A stretch of DNA of 32,000 nucleotides from the NCBI RefSeq assembly GCF_051097895.1, contig NZ_CP142525.1, positions 810,001-842,000 of the forward strand, written 5' to 3'. Of this stretch, positions 19,287 through 28,555 are shown in pieces. This stretch comes from Psychrobacter sp. HD31. GTDB taxonomy: Bacteria; Pseudomonadota; Gammaproteobacteria; Pseudomonadales; Moraxellaceae. Position 1 is the stretch's first letter. Each line of letters opens with the position of its first letter. The notes under the pieces were generated by a model that saw only the letters and a list, made by a program, of their open reading frames with translations, was not told the DNA's origin and searched no databases. The position numbers were made by a program, and so were the translations under genes.

Positions 19287-21944
19287 CTAATCTACAAGAC
19301 TCGGAAACAACCACTTCCTAGCCTTTTCAATGTCGATATCTTTACGCTTGGCAAAATCCTGTACTTGTTCATCGGTTATTTTACCCAGTCCAAAATATTT
19401 ACTTTCAGGGCTAGCAAAATAATAACCACTGACACTAGACGCTGGCAGCATTGCCAAGCTCTCGGTTAAGCTGGTACCAATGTTGTTTTCTACGTCCAAT
19501 AACTGCCAAATAGTTTCTTTTTCTAAATGGTCTGGGCAGGCAGGATAACCTGGTGCAGGACGAATGCCGGTATAACGCTCTTTAATCAGTTCATCATTAT
19601 CAAGCTGTTCCTCACTGGCATAGCCCCAATGCTGAGTACGAACTCGGTGATGTAAATACTCGGCAAAGGCTTCGGCAAAGCGGTCTGCCAACGCCTGCAC
19701 CATAATGGCATTATAGTCATCCTGCTTATCTTTATAAGCTTGTGCCAACTCGTCTGCACCAAAAATAGACACACAAAATGAGCCAATATAATCCGTTCTG
19801 CCACTTTCTGTTGGGGAAATAAAGTCTGCTAGTGCCGTATTGGCAACCCCCTTACGTTTTAGTGCTTGTTGGCGAAGCGTGCGGAAAATGGCGACTTCTT
19901 TGCCATGCTTTTGCACCGAAATATCATCCACATTGACCGTATTGGCTTCAAACAACCCAAATACGGCTTTGGCTTTTAATGACTGCTCTGCAATCAACTT
20001 ATCCAGCATAATTTGAGCATCTTGATACAGCTGAGTGGCTTGTTCACCCACCACTTCATCGGTTAAGATGCGTGGATATTTACCATGCAAATCCCAACTT
20101 CTAAAAAATGGCGTCCAATCAAAAAAAGGTAAAAGCTCTTTTAAGCTCAGTTGAGTCAAACGTTGCACGCCCATCTCTTTGGGCTTTTTAATGGTTGCCG
20201 TTTGCCAATCGAGTTGTAATTTATTCGCTCGGGCATCTGCAAGAGATAAATAGTCCTTTTTCTTACTACGGTTATGAAATGCGTCACGGAAAGCATCATA
20301 GTCTTGCTTAATGCTTGCCACGTAATCTTTTGAGGTTTCTTGATTGAGTAAGTCGCCAACCACAGTCACCGCACGAGAGGCATCATTAACGTGTACCACC
20401 GCATTGTTATACTCAACATCAATTTTTACTGCGGTGTGTGCTTTGGAGGTCGTTGCACCACCAATTAATAGCGGAATCTTAAACCCTTCTCGCTCCATCT
20501 CTTTTGCCAGATAAACCATTTCATCCAATGATGGTGTGATTAGCCCGCTTAACCCAATGGCATCAACTTTTTCTGTTTTGGCGGTTTCGATGATTTTTTC
20601 TGGTGGTACCATCACCCCAAGGTCAACAATCTCATAGTTATTACAGCCCAACACCACAGACACAATGTTTTTACCAATATCATGCACATCGCCTTTAACT
20701 GTTGCCATCAGGATTTTACCCAATGCCTGCTGTTCGCCAGATTTTTCTGCTTCAATAAAAGGGTTGAGATACGCAACGGCTTTTTTCATTACTCGAGCCG
20801 ACTTAACCACCTGCGGTAAAAACATTTTGCCTTCACCAAACAAATCACCCACCACATTCATGCCAGCCATCAGATTCACTTCGATAACCTCCAGTGGCTT
20901 ACTGGCTTGCTGTCTGGCTTCTTCTACGTCATCAATAATATATTGGTCAATCCCTTTAACCAAACTGTGGGTAATGCGTTCTTGCAAATCAAGCTGTCGC
21001 CATTCATCATTGACGACCGCTTTTTTGCCGGTCGATTTAACCGTTTCGGCAAAGTCGAGCAAACGCTCTGTGGCATCATCACGCCTATCAAGAATCACAT
21101 CTTCAACATGCTCCAGCAAATCTTTAGGGATGTCGTCATAGACTTCCAACATGGTTGGATTGACAATCCCAAAGTTTAGCCCAGCTTTAATCGCATGATA
21201 TAAAAACACCGAGTGCATTGCCTCACGCACCGGATTGTTACCACGGAACGAGAATGACACATTACTCACTCCACCACTGACGCTGACATGGGGTAGATTT
21301 TGGCGTACCCAACGGGTAGCTTCAATAAAATCAATGGCATTGCGGCGATGCTCTTCCATACCCGTAGCAACAGGGAAAATATTGAGGTCAAAAATAATAT
21401 CTTCAGGTGGGAAGTTCACCTTATCCACCAGCACACGATAGGAGCGTTCGGCTATCTCGATGCGTCGCTCATAAGTATCGGCTTGCCCCACTTCATCAAA
21501 CGCCATGATGATAACCGCGGCTCCATAGCGTTTGATGCGGGTAGCTTCCCAAATAAACTTCTCTTCGCCTTCTTTTAGGCTAATCGAGTTAACCACGCTT
21601 TTGCCCTGCACCACCTGCAAGCCTGCTTCGATGATATCCCACTTGGAGCTGTCAATCATCATTGGCACACGAGCGATGTCTGGCTCAGCAGCGATAAGGT
21701 TTAAAAACCTTACCATGGCTTGCTTACCATCAATCAATCCATCATCCATATTGATGTCGATAATCTGAGCGCCACCTTCTACTTGATGGCGTGCAATGGC
21801 AAGGGCTTCATCGTATTTTTCTTCTTTAACTAAACGCAAAAACTTGCGAGAGCCAGCCACATTGGTACGTTCACCAACGTTAATAAAATTACTCTCTGGG
21901 GTGATGATTAAGGGTTCAAGACCACTTAAACGCATGGGTCGCAT
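19287..21944 (-). CDS. metH: methionine synthase, large fragment (pterin-binding, cobalamin-binding and AdoMet-activation domains, no Hcy domain)
   Basis: It starts [20 protein letters not shown] and carries [11 protein letters not shown] (the DxHxxG cobalamin ligand motif) and [12 protein letters not shown]. The ORF track starts at TTG 21959. ATG 21944 lies 4 nt after AGGAAG. Confidence 0.93.
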   Translation of the reverse strand: MRPMRLSGLEPLIITPESNFINVGERTNVAGSRKFLRLVKEEKYDEALAIARHQVEGGAQIIDINMDDGLIDGKQAMVRFLNLIAAEPDIARVPMMIDSSKWDIIEAGLQVVQGKSVVNSISLKEGEEKFIWEATRIKRYGAAVIIMAFDEVGQADTYERRIEIAERSYRVLVDKVNFPPEDIIFDLNIFPVATGMEEHRRNAIDFIEATRWVRQNLPHVSVSGGVSNVSFSFRGNNPVREAMHSVFLYHAIKAGLNFGIVNPTMLEVYDDIPKDLLEHVEDVILDRRDDATERLLDFAETVKSTGKKAVVNDEWRQLDLQERITHSLVKGIDQYIIDDVEEARQQASKPLEVIEVNLMAGMNVVGDLFGEGKMFLPQVVKSARVMKKAVAYLNPFIEAEKSGEQQALGKILMATVKGDVHDIGKNIVSVVLGCNNYEIVDLGVMVPPEKIIETAKTEKVDAIGLSGLITPSLDEMVYLAKEMEREGFKIPLLIGGATTSKAHTAVKIDVEYNNAVVHVNDASRAVTVVGDLLNQETSKDYVASIKQDYDAFRDAFHNRSKKKDYLSLADARANKLQLDWQTATIKKPKEMGVQRLTQLSLKELLPFFDWTPFFRSWDLHGKYPRILTDEVVGEQATQLYQDAQIMLDKLIAEQSLKAKAVFGLFEANTVNVDDISVQKHGKEVAIFRTLRQQALKRKGVANTALADFISPTESGRTDYIGSFCVSIFGADELAQAYKDKQDDYNAIMVQALADRFAEAFAEYLHHRVRTQHWGYASEEQLDNDELIKERYTGIRPAPGYPACPDHLEKETIWQLLDVENNIGTSLTESLAMLPASSVSGYYFASPESKYFGLGKITDEQVQDFAKRKDIDIEKARKWLFPSLVD

Positions 21945-21995
21945 AAGGCTTCCTATCAAACTAAAACTTTAAATTTTTAATAAATACTACAATTT

Positions 21996-22982
21996 TTATG
22001 CATATTTTGAAAAGAGTACCAATCCTGTGACAATCAGTCCAATGCCAATCAGTCCAATAAAGCTGGGGAAAGGCGTGTTCAAAAGTATCATACCACCAAT
22101 TAAGGCAAATATAACTTCACTGGCTTGTGTGGCATCAACACCAGCGACTTCTTGTGTGCTCTTTGCGTGCTCTCTTGCATATAAAAACAGCCCCGTGGCA
22201 ATAATACCAGAAAATAATGCCACCAAAAATGTATTAAAGGCTTGAGAATAACTGGGTAAACTCGGTCGATAAACCAAGCCAAGCAATAACCATAGTGGAA
22301 AACTGCCAACTGTCATTAACCAAATTTTGTTAAATGCATTATTTAATAAGTTGGTATCAATAATGGGTATCCGTGTTTGCAAGCCACCTTGTCTTTTATC
22401 TGCATTATCTTTATTTTTAGCATTATGAGAGGCCTGCCAGACTAGCTGATTTCCAATAGGATAACAAAATGCCGCTACAAAAGCCGGTAATGCACCAAAA
22501 ATTAACGAATGCCATAAATTAACATCGCTGGCTTGGGTATGACTGGCCTCACTAAGGTTAACCAATACAACGCCAATAAAAATCATCATGGCAAAAACGA
22601 TGATTTGTTTACTGAAACGTTGACCAAAAGCATACAGTACAAATAGGCTAGCAACCACAGTAAACATAAAAGTAGATGCCACTACCCAACCACTTGCATG
22701 ATCACCAGCAAAACAGATACCTGCATAAAACAAGCCAAAGCCCACACCACCTGTAACACACCAAAAGCGCCAGTGCTCAATAAATATTTGTGTTAATTCT
22801 GTTAACCTGCTCATACCGTATCGCAAAGCAATAAACACAGATAACATCAAAAACATGAACACATAACGCAAACTGGCCGACCAAAACCAGTGCCCTCCTG
22901 CACCACTCATCAGTTCATTTAAAACAAACGTAGAACTAAAAAAGGCACCTGCAAGCAAGCCTAAAAAAATAAGTCTTAACAT
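21996..22982 (-). CDS. 10-TM DMT-superfamily-like transporter of unknown substrate
   Basis: About ten hydrophobic segments are arranged 5+5 around a charged loop (KNKDNADKRQGG). The ORF track starts at TTG 23021. ATG 22982 is preceded by AAGGGA. The family call (EamA/EmrE-type DMT) is by pattern only. Confidence 0.7.
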   Translation of the reverse strand: MLRLIFLGLLAGAFFSSTFVLNELMSGAGGHWFWSASLRYVFMFLMLSVFIALRYGMSRLTELTQIFIEHWRFWCVTGGVGFGLFYAGICFAGDHASGWVVASTFMFTVVASLFVLYAFGQRFSKQIIVFAMMIFIGVVLVNLSEASHTQASDVNLWHSLIFGALPAFVAAFCYPIGNQLVWQASHNAKNKDNADKRQGGLQTRIPIIDTNLLNNAFNKIWLMTVGSFPLWLLLGLVYRPSLPSYSQAFNTFLVALFSGIIATGLFLYAREHAKSTQEVAGVDATQASEVIFALIGGMILLNTPFPSFIGLIGIGLIVTGLVLFSKYA

Positions 22983-23061
22983 CGTATCCCTTGCATCAAA
23001 ATCTGTTACCAGCGGAATCAATCATTCAAACGATAACAAGACCATCAAAAATCTAACTAAA

Positions 23062-24063
23062 CTATCCTAACTTTCTCGGCTGATATTTGGCCGCTACCGC
23101 TGTAATTTGCCTAATATGTTCAGGCGTTGTACCACAACAACCACCAACGATATTTATCAAATCCTTTTTAAAGTATTCTTCTATCTGACGGGCAGTTTCT
23201 TCTGGTGTTTCATCATATTCGCCAAAGGCATTTGGCAACCCTGCATTTGGGTGGGCAGAGATAGCAAACTCCGTTTTATTGGCAATGCTCTCAAGGTGCG
23301 GCTGCAATAGGTTTGCTCCTAATGCACAGTTAAAACCAACTGACATCAAAGGAATATGAGAAATCGAAATTAAAAATGCCTCTGCCGTTTGCCCTGATAA
23401 AGTTCGCCCAGAAGCATCCGTAATAGTGCCAGATACCATAATTGGTAAATCTTTGTCAGTTAAACCACGCTCTGCTTTCACTTCTTCGATAGCAAACAAT
23501 GCCGACTTTGCATTGAGTGTGTCAAATACAGTTTCTACCAGTAAAATGTCAGCACCGCCATCAAGCAAACCTTCAACCTGTTGCTTATATGCCACTCGCA
23601 AGTCCTCAAAGGTTACCGCTCTATAGCCTGGGTCATTCACATCTGGTGACATACTGGCGGTACGATTGGTAGGCCCCATTGCGCCAGCGACAAACCTTGG
23701 TTTATGTGGCTCCTTGGCTGTCATCTCATCCGCCACTTGTTTGGCTATTTTTGCAGATTCATAATTAAGCTCATAAACGAGGTCTTCCATCTCATAGTCT
23801 GCCATGGCGATGGTGGTACTGGAGAAGGTATTGGTCTCAACAATATCAGCACCTGCTTCAAAATATTTTTTATGCACGTCTTTAACGGCTTTTGGCTGAG
23901 TAAGCGACAACAAATCATTGTTACCCTGCAAAGGTACCTTAAAGTCAGCAAATCGCTCCCCTCGAAAGTCTTCTTCGGTAAATTTGTATTCTTGTAACAT
24001 GGTACCCATAGCACCATCAAGGATAAGTATTCTTTCATTTAGGGCTTTAAAAATATTATTCAT
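23062..24063 (-). CDS. metH: methionine synthase, homocysteine-binding (S-methyltransferase) domain as a separate protein
   Basis: 333 aa, collinear by eye with the N-terminal ~350 aa of E. coli MetH. Shared motifs are [23 protein letters not shown] and [17 protein letters not shown]. Zinc ligands lie in GFNCALG and GGCCGTTP. Confidence 0.9.
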   Translation of the reverse strand: MNNIFKALNERILILDGAMGTMLQEYKFTEEDFRGERFADFKVPLQGNNDLLSLTQPKAVKDVHKKYFEAGADIVETNTFSSTTIAMADYEMEDLVYELNYESAKIAKQVADEMTAKEPHKPRFVAGAMGPTNRTASMSPDVNDPGYRAVTFEDLRVAYKQQVEGLLDGGADILLVETVFDTLNAKSALFAIEEVKAERGLTDKDLPIMVSGTITDASGRTLSGQTAEAFLISISHIPLMSVGFNCALGANLLQPHLESIANKTEFAISAHPNAGLPNAFGEYDETPEETARQIEEYFKKDLINIVGGCCGTTPEHIRQITAVAAKYQPRKLG

Positions 24064-24172
24064 ACTCGGTATTAGGTTGGCATCTTTTAAACAGATTATT
24101 TTAATAGAATTTTACTCTATATAGTAATTCTTATTCGTTATATATCAATATAATTATTATATATATTACATT

Positions 24173-24205
24173 AAAAAAACAGCCTTATTGTTTAAGGCTG
24201 TTTTT
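24173..24205 (-). terminator. intrinsic terminator after the NSS/small-subunit pair
   Basis: CAGCCTTA (24180-24187) pairs with TAAGGCTG (24193-24200). On the minus strand T7 follows. It lies 17 nt after the small-ORF stop. Confidence 0.75.
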
Positions 24206-24221
24206 GCTAATTGATAAAAAA

Positions 24222-24353
24222 TTATCGTTCTTCTAAGCCAAGCTCTTGCATGCTTTTATCAGGATTCTTAATAAGATGGATAACTGCCATCAATAAACCA
24301 CCCCAAATTAAAACCATAGAAAGAACCATAAAGATAATTGCGGTTGTTGTCAT
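24222..24353 (-). CDS. 43-aa single-TM protein, MetS-like small subunit of a methionine/alanine NSS importer
   Basis: It is not in the ORF track. I translated the minus strand by hand to MTTTAIIFMVLSMVLIWGGLLMAVIHLIKNPDKSMQELGLEER. The ATG lies 1 nt after the NSS stop, and a terminator follows. Confidence 0.6.
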   Translation of the reverse strand: MTTTAIIFMVLSMVLIWGGLLMAVIHLIKNPDKSMQELGLEER

Positions 24354-24354
24354 G

Positions 24355-25833
24355 TTATTCTCCTTTTCCTTTTGCGCTGGTTAAAATCAAGCTACCAATA
24401 CCTAGGAATGCTAACACACCCCAACCAAATATCATTAATATTGGTGTTGAATAACCCTCATATGGGGTTTCAAACAATGATACAAGTTTAAATAATAAAG
24501 TTGTAATCAATGCAACAGGGGTAACAACCGTCAACATAAGCGACCAGAAACTACCAAGTTTAAAGCTAGAAATTTGGTTCATATGCTCAATAATACCTGG
24601 AATCTTGTTACGATTAAACCAGAATACCCAGATGATTGAAATTAGACCACCATAAACAATACCAACGTTATTTGAGAACTGATCGATAACATCAACAAGG
24701 ATGAGTGAGCTACCAGTTGAGAAACCAACTATTGATATAAACGCAGCACTACCAACAACTAAGGCAACTGTTTTTGGGCGGCTCCAACCAAACTTACTTT
24801 GGAACGCTGCAATTGGCACTTCCAAAATACTCACTAGTGAGCTGATACCAGCCACTACTAATGAACCAAAGAATAAGAAGCCAATAATATCGCCACTTTC
24901 ACCCATGGTAGAAATAATTTGTGGGAATACAAAGAAAGCCAGACCAACACCACCTTTTGCAACTTCTGAAACATCTTGACCCGTTGCGTGTGCCATAAAG
25001 CCAAGTGCAGAGAAAATACCAATACCCGCTAAAATTTCAAATGATGAGTTGGCAAAAGCAACAACCAGCCCAGAACCTGTTAAGTTGGTGTTACGTTTTA
25101 GGTATGAAGAGAATGTTACCATGATACCAAAACCAATAGATAACGAGAAAAATACATGTCCGTATGCTGCAAGCCATACATTAGGATCTGCCATTTTCTC
25201 CCAGTTTGGCGCAAAGAAAGCATTTAGACCTTCGGCAGCACCTGGTAGGTTAATGGCTTTAAAAACCATAATACCAAACAATACCACCAACAATGGGATA
25301 CAGATTTTGTTTGCTATCTCAATACCTTTACGGATACCACCAAACATAACCAGCAATGCAATCATCCAAATAATAACCAAACCAATGAACATTTGTGGAA
25401 CAAATGAGCTGGTTAATTCACCTGTGTGTTGGATATAGTCTTCAACAAAGAAGGTGGTTGTATCATCGCCCCATTTTTGTCCAAAAGAAAAGAAGGTATA
25501 ACTACCAGCCCATACAATCACTGCTGCATAATAGACAGCAATAACCCAAGAAACCAGTGTTTGCCACCAACCAATGCCTTCAGCAGATGGTGTTAATTTT
25601 TTATAAGCTTTTGGTGCACCACCTTGATATTTGTGACCAATTGCATAGTCTAAGAATAATAACGGAATAGCTGCGGTAAATAATGCTATTAGGTATGGTA
25701 GTAAAAATGCACCACCACCATTGTCATACGCAACATATGGGAAACGCCAAATGTTTCCTAACCCTACTGCTGAACCAATTGCCGCTAAAATAAATGCGGA
25801 ACGTCCAGACCAATTTTCTCTTTGTCCTGACAC
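24355..25833 (-). CDS. sodium-dependent transporter of the NSS/SNF family (MetP-like)
   Basis: It has the hallmark GSAVGLGNIWRFPY and about 12 TM segments. AAGGAG lies 6 nt before GTG 25833. The ORF-track ATG 25860 would add 9 aa with no SD. Confidence 0.88.
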   Translation of the reverse strand: MSGQRENWSGRSAFILAAIGSAVGLGNIWRFPYVAYDNGGGAFLLPYLIALFTAAIPLLFLDYAIGHKYQGGAPKAYKKLTPSAEGIGWWQTLVSWVIAVYYAAVIVWAGSYTFFSFGQKWGDDTTTFFVEDYIQHTGELTSSFVPQMFIGLVIIWMIALLVMFGGIRKGIEIANKICIPLLVVLFGIMVFKAINLPGAAEGLNAFFAPNWEKMADPNVWLAAYGHVFFSLSIGFGIMVTFSSYLKRNTNLTGSGLVVAFANSSFEILAGIGIFSALGFMAHATGQDVSEVAKGGVGLAFFVFPQIISTMGESGDIIGFLFFGSLVVAGISSLVSILEVPIAAFQSKFGWSRPKTVALVVGSAAFISIVGFSTGSSLILVDVIDQFSNNVGIVYGGLISIIWVFWFNRNKIPGIIEHMNQISSFKLGSFWSLMLTVVTPVALITTLLFKLVSLFETPYEGYSTPILMIFGWGVLAFLGIGSLILTSAKGKGE

Positions 25834-26011
25834 AAATCTCTCCTTTAAAATTAACCACATTCATAACTAAAAACATGGCTAAACAAATACAATAATTTTA
25901 AATAAAGTAGCATTAAAAACCTAAAGATATAATACTGAAACAATAAATAACAATATGCCTACTTTATATTAGGCTTCCAATACTCTTACAATTAGTAAAA
26001 AATGTCAAGGC

Positions 26012-26050
26012 AAAAATAAAAGAGACATAACATATAGTTATATCTCTTTT
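26012..26050 (-). terminator. intrinsic terminator after lpxA
   Basis: Imperfect 13-bp hairpin (26018-26031 pairs with 26037-26050). On the minus strand ATTTTTG follows. Confidence 0.65.
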
Positions 26051-26073
26051 GAATAATGAATGATGGTAAACGC

Positions 26074-26853
26074 TTAACGAGTGATACCACGTTTACTGTT
26101 GGTTAACGACTCAATCAGAAATCTAATTTTTTCTTCTTTAGGAAGTAGCTCACTCTCTAACTTTTCTATTGCTTGTTTTGTCGTAAGCCCAGAGCGGAAT
26201 ATCACTTTATAGGCTTGACGTAGATGATTAATTGATTCTTTAGACCATCCTTTACGTCTCATACCCTCAATATTTAAACCATGTGCCTTGGCAGGATTGC
26301 CAGAAACCATGACCATTGCTGCCACATCTTTAAGAATCAAACTTTGACCGCCAACAAGGCTAAAATCATCAATTTTACAAAATTGATGAATGCCTGAGTT
26401 GCCACCCAACACAATATGATTCCCAATATGACAATGCCCTGCAATACCTACATTATTGGCTATCACATTATGATCACCAATCACAACATCATGTGCCACA
26501 TGTGTGTTGACCATAAACAGGTTATGGCTGCCTACTTTAGTAACCCCTTTATCTTGGATTGTGCCACGATGAAAACTACAAGACTCTCTTATAGAATTAT
26601 GGTCACCAATTTCTAACCAAGTGTCTTCGCCAGCATATTTTAAATCTTGGCAGTCTTCTCCAATACTAGCAAACTGAAAAATTTCATTATCTTGCCCAAT
26701 TTTAGTATTTTTTTTAACAACCACATGGCTATGTAACACGGTGTTTGCTGCAATACTAACGTTATCGCCGATGATACAGTAAGGTCCAACAATCACACTA
26801 GGGTCAACTTGAGCTGACTCAGAAATGATAGCTGTTGGGTGGATATTACTCAT
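26074..26853 (-). CDS. lpxA: acyl-ACP--UDP-N-acetylglucosamine O-acyltransferase
   Basis: Hexapeptide repeats, IHPTAII, FQFASIGE.CQDLKY and NIEGMRRKG. The start at ATG 26853 lies 7 nt after AAGG, although the ORF is open to 26895. Confidence 0.95.
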   Translation of the reverse strand: MSNIHPTAIISESAQVDPSVIVGPYCIIGDNVSIAANTVLHSHVVVKKNTKIGQDNEIFQFASIGEDCQDLKYAGEDTWLEIGDHNSIRESCSFHRGTIQDKGVTKVGSHNLFMVNTHVAHDVVIGDHNVIANNVGIAGHCHIGNHIVLGGNSGIHQFCKIDDFSLVGGQSLILKDVAAMVMVSGNPAKAHGLNIEGMRRKGWSKESINHLRQAYKVIFRSGLTTKQAIEKLESELLPKEEKIRFLIESLTNSKRGITR

Positions 26854-26908
26854 TGTCATACCTTGAATGTTAAAATTATTGCGATATTGTATCAAAAAAA
26901 TGTACGTA

Positions 26909-27427
26909 TTACTTTAGTGCATCACGTGTTTGCTTAATTAACATGACTTCGGCACTTGCTGCCAGCTCACCATCAACTGAAGCTTTACATTTATATTTAT
27001 AAACATTACGTTTTACCATGGCAGCTTCTGCCTCTAACAGTAACCTATCACCAGGGATTACCTGCCTTTTAAAACGGACCTTATCCACCCCACCAAACAA
27101 ATAAATACCGCCATCCGCTAAATCTTTTTTGTCAGATATAAAACCCAATACGCCTGCAAGTTGCGCCAATGCTTCTACCATCAAAACCCCTGGCATTAAT
27201 GGTTGATCGGGGAAGTGTCCATTAAAAAATTGTTCGTTACTACTCACATTTTTGTAACCAACAATAGATTTTCCTGGGCAAATAGAGACGACTCTATCCA
27301 GCATAACAAAAGGATAGCGATGCGGTAAATACCTCTTTAGTTGTTCAGAATTTAATGGGAGGTTAACCTCTATTTCTTTTAAAAAGTCCCAATCAGACGC
27401 TTTCATATTATCAGTTGCCTGTATCAT
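26909..27427 (-). CDS. fabZ: 3-hydroxyacyl-ACP dehydratase
   Basis: Motifs LPHRYPFVMLDRV and FFNGHFP..PLMPGVL. The start could instead be the internal Met at codon 8. Confidence 0.95.
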   Translation of the reverse strand: MIQATDNMKASDWDFLKEIEVNLPLNSEQLKRYLPHRYPFVMLDRVVSICPGKSIVGYKNVSSNEQFFNGHFPDQPLMPGVLMVEALAQLAGVLGFISDKKDLADGGIYLFGGVDKVRFKRQVIPGDRLLLEAEAAMVKRNVYKYKCKASVDGELAASAEVMLIKQTRDALK

Positions 27428-27504
27428 ACATATTCCTTTACTTTTACAGTGTTTTTAGTTGTGTTTTACGTTAATACGTTAAGTGAGATAAAAACGTATT
27501 GCTA

Positions 27505-28524
27505 TTATTTTTTTCCAGACTTACGGAAATGAACCACCGCTCGTTTCCAATCGTTTGATGGCATAACAGGAATGCCAGATGAATAAGTACCAGATTGATT
27601 GATAGACTTTATGACCATAGTCATGGCTGTAATGGTAACATCATCACAAATGGCTAGATGCCCTGCAATGCCTACTGCACCAGCCACAATACAACGTTTG
27701 CCTAATCTGGTACTGCCAGCAATACCTGTGTTTGCAGCAATCGCTGACCCAGCGCCAATATGAACATTGTGCGCGATTTGAACTAAATTATCAATAATGA
27801 CATTATCTTCAATCACGGTGTCATCAATTGCCCCTCTGTCAATACAAGTATTTGCACCGATACGAACATGATTACCAATAATGACTCTACCAAGTTGAAC
27901 AATACGCTCCCACCCAGCTTGCTCCCCTGCATCTGCCGGATTTTTTGTCGGTGCAAAACCAAAACCTTCTGACCCAATGCTAGCACCATTGTGTACTCTA
28001 ACATCATTGCCAATTTGAGTTTGAGATGCGATGGCAACATTTGGTTTTATCACACAGTTTTTGCCAATCAAGCAATCTTCTTCAATCACCACATTAGCGG
28101 CAATCTGGGTACCATTACCAATTTTGGTATGTTCTCCAATACTCGCATAAGCACCAATTACAACATCCTTACCAATCACCGCACTATCAGCAATATTAGC
28201 GGTTGGGTGGATATTGGCAACCAATGCAGTATCAAATAGCTGACTACAACTGGCATATGCTAAATATGGGGAAGAAACCACCAAAGCAACCGTATTTTGA
28301 GGCACTTCTACGCCATCCGTCACAATAGCAACCCCCGCGTTAGATTGCGTAAGCGTATAAGCATATTTAGCCTGTGCTAAAAATCCAATTTGTTGGCTAG
28401 TTGCTTTATCTAAACGAGCAAAGCCCTGCATTTGCAAGGCCAGCGCTGAACCAGTCAATTCAAGTTTATTCATGACTGGTTGGCGTGTTTCGATTTTTTC
28501 AATGAGTTTGGCAATGGTTACCAT
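27505..28524 (-). CDS. lpxD: UDP-3-O-acylglucosamine N-acyltransferase
   Basis: 339 aa with extended hexapeptide repeats. It sits in the conserved position upstream of fabZ-lpxA. Confidence 0.95.
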   Translation of the reverse strand: MVTIAKLIEKIETRQPVMNKLELTGSALALQMQGFARLDKATSQQIGFLAQAKYAYTLTQSNAGVAIVTDGVEVPQNTVALVVSSPYLAYASCSQLFDTALVANIHPTANIADSAVIGKDVVIGAYASIGEHTKIGNGTQIAANVVIEEDCLIGKNCVIKPNVAIASQTQIGNDVRVHNGASIGSEGFGFAPTKNPADAGEQAGWERIVQLGRVIIGNHVRIGANTCIDRGAIDDTVIEDNVIIDNLVQIAHNVHIGAGSAIAANTGIAGSTRLGKRCIVAGAVGIAGHLAICDDVTITAMTMVIKSINQSGTYSSGIPVMPSNDWKRAVVHFRKSGKK

Positions 28525-28555
28525 ACTAATTATTTCACCTTATTTACTATCATAA

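Noticed and set aside
20665-21141. Antisense ORFs listed inside strongly supported genes. Examples are 20665-21141 and 21300-21578 opposite metH, 16735-17187 opposite the permease, 25049-25438 opposite the NSS transporter, 2716-3102 opposite argB and 28834-29157 opposite bamA.
   Set aside because: All lie wholly within genes whose products have clear family motifs. Their translations are low-complexity or compositionally odd (Ser/Thr/Ile-rich). None has a convincing SD or start context. They are typical shadow ORFs.
24064-24221. A cobalamin or SAM riboswitch, or a MetR box, upstream of the split-metH operon. This includes the weak palindrome TAGAATTTTACTCTA at 24105-24119.
   Set aside because: The spacer is extremely AT-rich, with (TA)n runs and no GC-paired helices. 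It has no B12-box-like GCCACTG and no S-box-like core. The palindrome has only 4-bp arms and does not match TGAA-N5-TTCA.
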